A stretch of 64,000 nt of DNA, from contig OY761989.1 of NCBI GenBank assembly GCA_963665165.1, positions 1,903,734 to 1,967,733 on the forward strand, written 5' to 3'. This document shows, in pieces, positions 58,584 to 64,000 of this stretch. Under the pieces are notes generated by a model, which saw only the letters and a program-made list of their open reading frames with translations, was not told the DNA's origin and did no database searches. Position numbers and translations under genes: made by a program. This DNA comes from Arenicellales bacterium (GTDB lineage: Bacteria; Pseudomonadota; Gammaproteobacteria; Arenicellales; Poriferihabitantaceae). The stretch's first letter is position 1. Every line of letters starts with the position of its first letter.

Positions 58584-59819
58584 TTACAGCCAGTCCGTCT
58601 CCATCGGGTAGCGGGTCAGGACCTCGGCCCCGCGCCCGGTGATCAGTACCTGTTCTTCCAGTTTCACGCCTTCCCCGCTGCGCTCGGAACCAATGTAGGA
58701 TTCGATGCACAGGGTCATGTTTTCCTCGATCACGCCCCGGTAACCGGCCATCTCCAGCTTGTCGACATGCTTGATGCTCGGATACTCGTCGGCCAGCCCC
58801 ACTCCATGTATCAGGGAACTGTATTTGTTGCCCGAGAATTCCGCGGGAATCTTCCAGGCCGCGCGTGAGGCTTCATGGAAGGTCATACCGGGTTTCAACA
58901 TCGCTACGTTATGCTGGATCTGCTGCCACGCATACGCGTAAATCCGGCGTTGCTCGTCATTCGGTTTGTCGCCGCATACCCAGCTTCGGGACATGTCCGA
59001 ACAATAACCGTAAGGCCCGATCAAATCCGTATCGAAACTGACCAGATCGCCCGGTTCGATCACCCGCATCGAGGCTTCCCGAAACCACGGAAAGGTTCTC
59101 GGCCCGGATGACAACAACCGGGTTTCAATCCATTCTCCGCCGCAAGCGATGTTGGTCTCGTGGAGTTTTGCCCACAGCGCATTTTCAGTGATGCCCGGCT
59201 CAAGCGCCTCCCGCATCTTGCCGATACCGGCCTCACAGACCGCGATGGCGCGCCGCATCAGGACGATCTCTTCCCTGGACTTGATGACCCTGGCCAGTTC
59301 CATGACCTCAAGGCCGTCGTGGATTGAAATGCCGTGCCGCAACAGGGGCTCACAACCGGTATGGGAGAGCCTGTCTGTCGCCAGCCGGGTATTGCCGCCG
59401 CCATGGGTTCTGACCAGGTCGGCGATCGTGTCCGCAAATTTCTGCGCCTTTTCGCGGGTCCGTTCTCCGGCGGTGAAGTAATGAAAGGAAGCGTTCACCC
59501 GGTATTCGTCAATCGTCGGGATGCCTTCCGCCAGATGGGGATATTCACCGTAATCGAACAGGATCAACGGACCGTCTGTGGCAATGAAAACGCAGCGGGT
59601 CTCATAATGCGAACACCATACCTGCATATTGGTGGCATCGCACGCGTAGCGGCAGTTGATCTGGTCGAACAACAGGATTCCCGCGTAATCGAGTCTTCGC
59701 AATTGCTGCTGTATGCGCTCCAGACGGTAGCGCCTGACGGTATCGAGATTGACCGGGGCTTCGGTATATTCCATCGCCCCGTGTTGTCTCGCTGCAACAT
59801 TGCCCTGCGAAACTCTCAT
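58584..59819 (-). CDS. M24-family metalloenzyme (creatinase/prolidase fold; DddP-like DMSP lyase suspected)
   Basis: GGEWIETRLLSSGPRTFPWF, SFDTDLIGPYGYCSDMSR, SLIHGVGL and CIESYIG...GVKLEEQVLIT match pita-bread fold metal ligand positions. The DddP resemblance is from memory. Confidence 0.7.
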   Translation of the reverse strand: MRVSQGNVAARQHGAMEYTEAPVNLDTVRRYRLERIQQQLRRLDYAGILLFDQINCRYACDATNMQVWCSHYETRCVFIATDGPLILFDYGEYPHLAEGIPTIDEYRVNASFHYFTAGERTREKAQKFADTIADLVRTHGGGNTRLATDRLSHTGCEPLLRHGISIHDGLEVMELARVIKSREEIVLMRRAIAVCEAGIGKMREALEPGITENALWAKLHETNIACGGEWIETRLLSSGPRTFPWFREASMRVIEPGDLVSFDTDLIGPYGYCSDMSRSWVCGDKPNDEQRRIYAYAWQQIQHNVAMLKPGMTFHEASRAAWKIPAEFSGNKYSSLIHGVGLADEYPSIKHVDKLEMAGYRGVIEENMTLCIESYIGSERSGEGVKLEEQVLITGRGAEVLTRYPMETDWL

Positions 59820-59830
59820 GCCACTATCCC

Positions 59831-60613
59831 CTAGCGTCCTTTCCAGACCGGTTCCCTTTTCTCGGAAAAAGCCAGCGCCCCTTCGTGCATATCCTCGCTG
59901 TTGTAGAGTTTCCTGACCGTGGCGAGTCCCTGGGCGTTCAGCATGTCGATGGATTCCTGGAAGTCCATGTTTTCGGTGGCCCGCACAGTCTCCTTGATCG
60001 CGGCGAAGACCAGCGGCGGCCCCTTGGCCAGGCGCCGGGCGACTTCCCTCGCCCGGACCAGCAGGTTGTCCGCGCTGGTAATTTCATTGACCAACCCCCA
60101 CCGGTGGGCTTCCCCGGCATCCATCCAGCGGCCGGTCAGCAGCAATTCCATCGCCACATGGTATGGAATACGCCGGGGTAACTTCAGGGTCGCCGCATCC
60201 GCCAGTGTGCCGGCATTGATTTCCGGCAAGGCGAAGGTCGCATGCTCCGCCGCGATAATGATGTCCGCGGAAATCATCAGTTCGAATCCGCCGCCGCAGG
60301 CAATGCCGTTGACCGCTGCGATAACCGGTTTGTTCATATCCGGCAGTTCCTGCAAACCACCGAATCCACCGACTCCGAAATCGCTGGTCACGCCTTCCCC
60401 CCCGGCAGCCGCTTTCAAATCCCACCCGGCGCAGAAAAACTTCTCACCGCCTCCGGTAATGATCGCCACCCTCAATTCAGGGTCATCCCTGAAGTTCGCG
60501 AACGTCCTGCCAAGCTCCTGACTGGTGGGACCGTCAATCGCATTGGCCTTGGGCCGGTCCAGGGTCACTTCAAGCACGCTCCCGTCAATCACTGTTTTTA
60601 CTGCATCGGACAT
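59831..60613 (-). CDS. Enoyl-CoA hydratase/isomerase (crotonase; CaiD-like)
   Basis: LDRPKANAI, ITGGGEKFFCAGWDLK and AAVNGIACGGGFEL. Confidence 0.9.
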   Translation of the reverse strand: MSDAVKTVIDGSVLEVTLDRPKANAIDGPTSQELGRTFANFRDDPELRVAIITGGGEKFFCAGWDLKAAAGGEGVTSDFGVGGFGGLQELPDMNKPVIAAVNGIACGGGFELMISADIIIAAEHATFALPEINAGTLADAATLKLPRRIPYHVAMELLLTGRWMDAGEAHRWGLVNEITSADNLLVRAREVARRLAKGPPLVFAAIKETVRATENMDFQESIDMLNAQGLATVRKLYNSEDMHEGALAFSEKREPVWKGR

Positions 60614-60651
60614 TACCTTTTCACCTCAAAATTCTTGACTTGCCACTACTT

Positions 60652-62721
60652 TCAATTTCGTACCCGAATCAGCGCATCGGCCACGACGGCGCCATGATAT
60701 CGCGACTTGACCATTAACGGGTTGATTTCCAGTTCGACGATCTCATCACGGCAGTTTTCGATCAGCCCGGCTACCGCCATTACGGTATCGACCACCGCTT
60801 CGACATCAGCCGGCGCCCGGTTACGGAATCCGTTCAGCAGCGGCCAGGTTTTCAATCTCCCCAGAGCTGCGATTATTGCGGTGCGGTTGACCGGAAACAG
60901 TAATATTTCCCGGTCCCGGATCAATTCGACCAAAGCGCCGCCAAACCCGACAATCAGATAATGGCCAAAAACCGGATCATAACTGACTCCGATCAACAAT
61001 TCGGCAACCGGGTCGGTGACCATTTGCTCCACCAGCAGGGTATCGGATAACCCGAACAGTCGGGCGCTCTGGTCATCCAGTGTTTCCCGGTTCCATATTC
61101 CGAGCGCCACGGCGCCCGCTTCGGACTTATGGGCAATCAACGAAGATACGGCCTTCAAGACCAGCGGATAACCGATTTTTTCCGCCGCCTCCCGGACCTC
61201 GTCCGGGGCGCTGGCAACGATTGAATCAGGCGCCTCGATACCATGGGATTCCAGGAATTGTTTTGCCTGGTTTTCATCCAGACTCCGGACCCGGCCGGAA
61301 TCCACCCGCGCTGGCGAATCAGGAACTGCCGGCAGTGACCAATGACCGCCCCATCCCATGCCGATTCCACTGACCGTTTCAATCGCCGCCAGAGCTTGTT
61401 CCATGCCGTGCAGGGGCGCCACGCCATTTTCGATCAGCCAGGATCGGATTTCAGGATTCAGGTTTTCGGACAGGCAGGTGACGACCGCTCCTTTGCAATC
61501 CGTCTCCCGGCAGGCCGTGACAAATGCCCGGACTGCCTCCAGCCAATCCTCGATGACACAATCGTTGACCAGGGGGAAGTCGAGCAGTAGCAGGGTCAGG
61601 TCATAGTTGCCGAACATCATGGCGGTGAATGTCGCGGTCATACGCTGCCGGTCACCCCATATAAAAGTGTGATAATCCAGCGGGTTGTCAATGGCAACGT
61701 ACTCATTCAAAGTATCGCGCAGCCGCCCCCGATGGTCGTCTTCGATCCGGGGGAAAACCAGTTTCCGACCGACCGACAAATCCGCAATCAGCGAAGCCTC
61801 TCCGCCGGAACAACTCATGGACGCGATCCGGTTGCCCGGCAACGGCCCGACGACAAGAGCCAGTTTCAGCGATTCCAGAAAGACCTCGATGTTACTGGCC
61901 ATGCCGATACCCAGGCGATTGAACAGGGCCGTATAGAGTCCGTGCTCTCCGGCCAGGACAGCGGTATGACTGAAAGCGATGCGCGCCCCCAGATCCGATT
62001 TGCCCGCCTTAAGGACAATGACCGGCACTCCCCGGTCCCGCGCGCGGGCAGCCAGTTCCACAAACAACGGCAAATCTTTCAGACCTTCAATATGCAAACC
62101 GATCGCCTTGATCTTCTCATTCTCGAGCGCCGCCGCCATCACCTCCTCAATGCCGATGACTGCCTGGTTGCCCACGGTAGCCAGCCAGGCAATCGACAAT
62201 CCTCTTTGCTGCAATGTGAAATTGATGCCGACGTTTCCACTCGAAGAAATGATGGCAACCCCCTGGTCCACAGGACAAAGGCCGTGCTGGTCCGGGAACA
62301 TCGCCGCCCCCAGCAACGCATTGATGTATCCATAGCAATTCGGCCCCAATACCGGCATGTCTCCGGCTGCCTGCCGTAATCTGCGCTGGCGGGTTCCGCC
62401 CTCATCCCCCACCTCGCTGAATCCGGAAGCGAGGCAGACAGCCCCACCGGCGCCGAGGCGATTCAATTGATCAACGGTCCGGATGGTCGGTTCAGCCGGC
62501 ACCCCTATGAATACGGCGTCGGGCGGTTCGGGCAGCAAGTGGCAACCGGCCAGACATGCAATACCGGCCATCGAATCCCGGTTTGGATTGACCGCCCATA
62601 TCTTCCCCTGAAACCCGAGCTTTTGGCATTGAATCAACACCTGCTCCGCTTCCCGGCCCCCGACCACGGCGATCGAGCGTGGGTTCAGGAGCCGGATCAG
62701 TCGATCCCTGTCAACCCGCAC
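60652..62721 (-). CDS. ADP-forming acyl-CoA synthetase (CoA-binding + ATP-grasp fusion)
   Basis: LLNPRSIAVVGG (CoA-binding), GPNCYGYIN, succinyl-CoA-synthetase-like flavodoxin domains, and a C-terminal ATP-grasp (GYPLVLKA...SDVGGV-like). Confidence 0.85.
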   Translation of the reverse strand: MRVDRDRLIRLLNPRSIAVVGGREAEQVLIQCQKLGFQGKIWAVNPNRDSMAGIACLAGCHLLPEPPDAVFIGVPAEPTIRTVDQLNRLGAGGAVCLASGFSEVGDEGGTRQRRLRQAAGDMPVLGPNCYGYINALLGAAMFPDQHGLCPVDQGVAIISSSGNVGINFTLQQRGLSIAWLATVGNQAVIGIEEVMAAALENEKIKAIGLHIEGLKDLPLFVELAARARDRGVPVIVLKAGKSDLGARIAFSHTAVLAGEHGLYTALFNRLGIGMASNIEVFLESLKLALVVGPLPGNRIASMSCSGGEASLIADLSVGRKLVFPRIEDDHRGRLRDTLNEYVAIDNPLDYHTFIWGDRQRMTATFTAMMFGNYDLTLLLLDFPLVNDCVIEDWLEAVRAFVTACRETDCKGAVVTCLSENLNPEIRSWLIENGVAPLHGMEQALAAIETVSGIGMGWGGHWSLPAVPDSPARVDSGRVRSLDENQAKQFLESHGIEAPDSIVASAPDEVREAAEKIGYPLVLKAVSSLIAHKSEAGAVALGIWNRETLDDQSARLFGLSDTLLVEQMVTDPVAELLIGVSYDPVFGHYLIVGFGGALVELIRDREILLFPVNRTAIIAALGRLKTWPLLNGFRNRAPADVEAVVDTVMAVAGLIENCRDEIVELEINPLMVKSRYHGAVVADALIRVRN

Positions 62722-62742
62722 AAGCCTGTCTCCCGGCGGTCC

Positions 62743-63909
62743 TTACGACCTGGCCTCCAGCGGCCGCAAGATCGAGCGGGAAATGATCAGCCGCTGGATT
62801 TCACTGGTCCCTTCCCAGATACGCTCGACCCTGGCATCCCGCCAGATTCTCTCCAGGGGGAGATCCGACATCAGTCCCATGCCTCCGAATATCTGTAACG
62901 CCTCGTCGGCTATGAAAGCCAGTGTTTCGGTCGCTGACAGCTTGGCCAGGGCCGCGTCCATATCGGTCATTTCATTCTTGCAGGCGCGCGCCCCGGCCTG
63001 GTAGGTAATCAGTTCAGCCGCCCTCAGTTTCAGGGCCATATCCGCCAGTTTGAAGCTGACCCCCTGGAACTTTCCGATGGTCTGGTTGAATTGGATCCGG
63101 CTGGCGGCGTGCTCGCAGGCCAGTTCGAAAGCGCGGTCACAACGACCCAGGCAGATCGCGGCCACTTGCAGCCGGGTATTGCCCAACCAGTCATTGGCGA
63201 CCTCAAACCCCTTGTCCACCTCTCCGAGCACCTGGCTCGCCGGAACCCGGCATTGGTCGAATTCGAGAATGCAGTTATGGTATCCGCGATTGGACACACT
63301 CTGGTAGCCCGGCCGTATGGTGTAGCCGGGGGCGCCGGTATCGATCAGGAATGAAGTGATTCTTTTTCTCGGGCCTCTCGGCGTATCATCCACCCCGGTG
63401 GCCGCGAACAGGATCACGAAATCGGACACATCCGCATGGCTGATAAAATGCTTGGCGCCATGGATGACGAAATCGTCGCCGTCCCTTTCCGCCTTGCACG
63501 ACATCGAACGGACATCGGAGCCGGCGCCCGGTTCGGTCATTGCCAGGCAATCGGTTTTCTCTCCGCGTATGCACGGATACAGGTATTTTTCCCGCTGATC
63601 GCCGGTACAGGCCTGCAGGATGTTGCTGGGACGGCCGACGGCATACTGTAGCGCGTAACTGGCCCTGCCGAGTTCCCGGTCGAGCATGCACATGGATAAC
63701 GGATCCAGTCCGCCGCCGCCCAGCTCCTCGGGCATCGCCGCGGCGTACAGTCCCGCCGTGATCGAGCGCTCGATGATCTGTCGGCGAAGTTCAGGACGGA
63801 CGTCACCCGATTGTTCGACCTCCTGTTCAAACGGATACAATTCCTGTTCGACAAAGCGTCTGGCGGTCTCGATCAGCATCAATTGCTCTTCACTGTAGTC
63901 AAAGTTCAT
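62743..63909 (-). CDS. Acyl-CoA dehydrogenase
   Basis: MNFDYSEEQLMLIETARRF, CLAMTEPGAGSD, FGGMG and RIWEGTSEIQ. The start is taken at the ATG at 63909. Confidence 0.9.
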   Translation of the reverse strand: MNFDYSEEQLMLIETARRFVEQELYPFEQEVEQSGDVRPELRRQIIERSITAGLYAAAMPEELGGGGLDPLSMCMLDRELGRASYALQYAVGRPSNILQACTGDQREKYLYPCIRGEKTDCLAMTEPGAGSDVRSMSCKAERDGDDFVIHGAKHFISHADVSDFVILFAATGVDDTPRGPRKRITSFLIDTGAPGYTIRPGYQSVSNRGYHNCILEFDQCRVPASQVLGEVDKGFEVANDWLGNTRLQVAAICLGRCDRAFELACEHAASRIQFNQTIGKFQGVSFKLADMALKLRAAELITYQAGARACKNEMTDMDAALAKLSATETLAFIADEALQIFGGMGLMSDLPLERIWRDARVERIWEGTSEIQRLIISRSILRPLEARS

Positions 63910-64000
63910 TGCTGTTCTCCTGTTGTCCGGTCGGGGGCGTTCATTCATCCAGTCCCTGGAAGGTTTCCAGATGGCCATCCACGTTCATGATCTGGCCGGT

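Overview
This window reads as a GC-moderate proteobacterial chromosome segment, Gammaproteobacteria-like by gene order. The conserved core includes tRNA-Thr, ispH-lspA-ribF-murJ, rpsT, proB-obg-rpmA-rplU and ispB. It also includes a TPP-riboswitch-controlled thiC-thiO-thiS-thiG-thiDE operon, rppH, pmbA-tldD, prfC, uup, pgeF and an acyl-CoA/DddP-like catabolic cluster. Two accessory blocks interrupt this core.

Block 1 (about 1.66-18.3 kb) starts where a soxB/mgdA-like gene is truncated. It carries a phage tail-collar protein, a UDG-like plus SRAP gene pair, and orphan VbhA and ParD antitoxins. It also carries a four-gene co-directional cassette: SPPY methyltransferase, PD-ExK restriction enzyme, sacsin-type GHKL ATPase with DUF3883, and UvrD helicase with a Cas4-like nuclease. 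The rest of the block holds three decayed serine-resolvase copies, two Tn3-type terminal-repeat relics, an AT-rich membrane gene and HicAB.

Block 2 (about 45.3-54.8 kb) lies at a duplicated tRNA-Ser(UGA). It carries a GC-rich two-gene cassette that I cannot assign to any named system: paralogous YaaA/DUF6884-like modules fused to a GIY-YIG-like domain and a RelE/ParE-like domain. It also carries decayed DUF6527 and RHH relics, AbiEi/AbiEii, a GmrSD-type DUF262/DUF1524 enzyme and an orphan AAA+ ATPase.

No integrase, transposase, CRISPR array or rRNA is visible. All domain calls are by eye from motifs, with no searches run.
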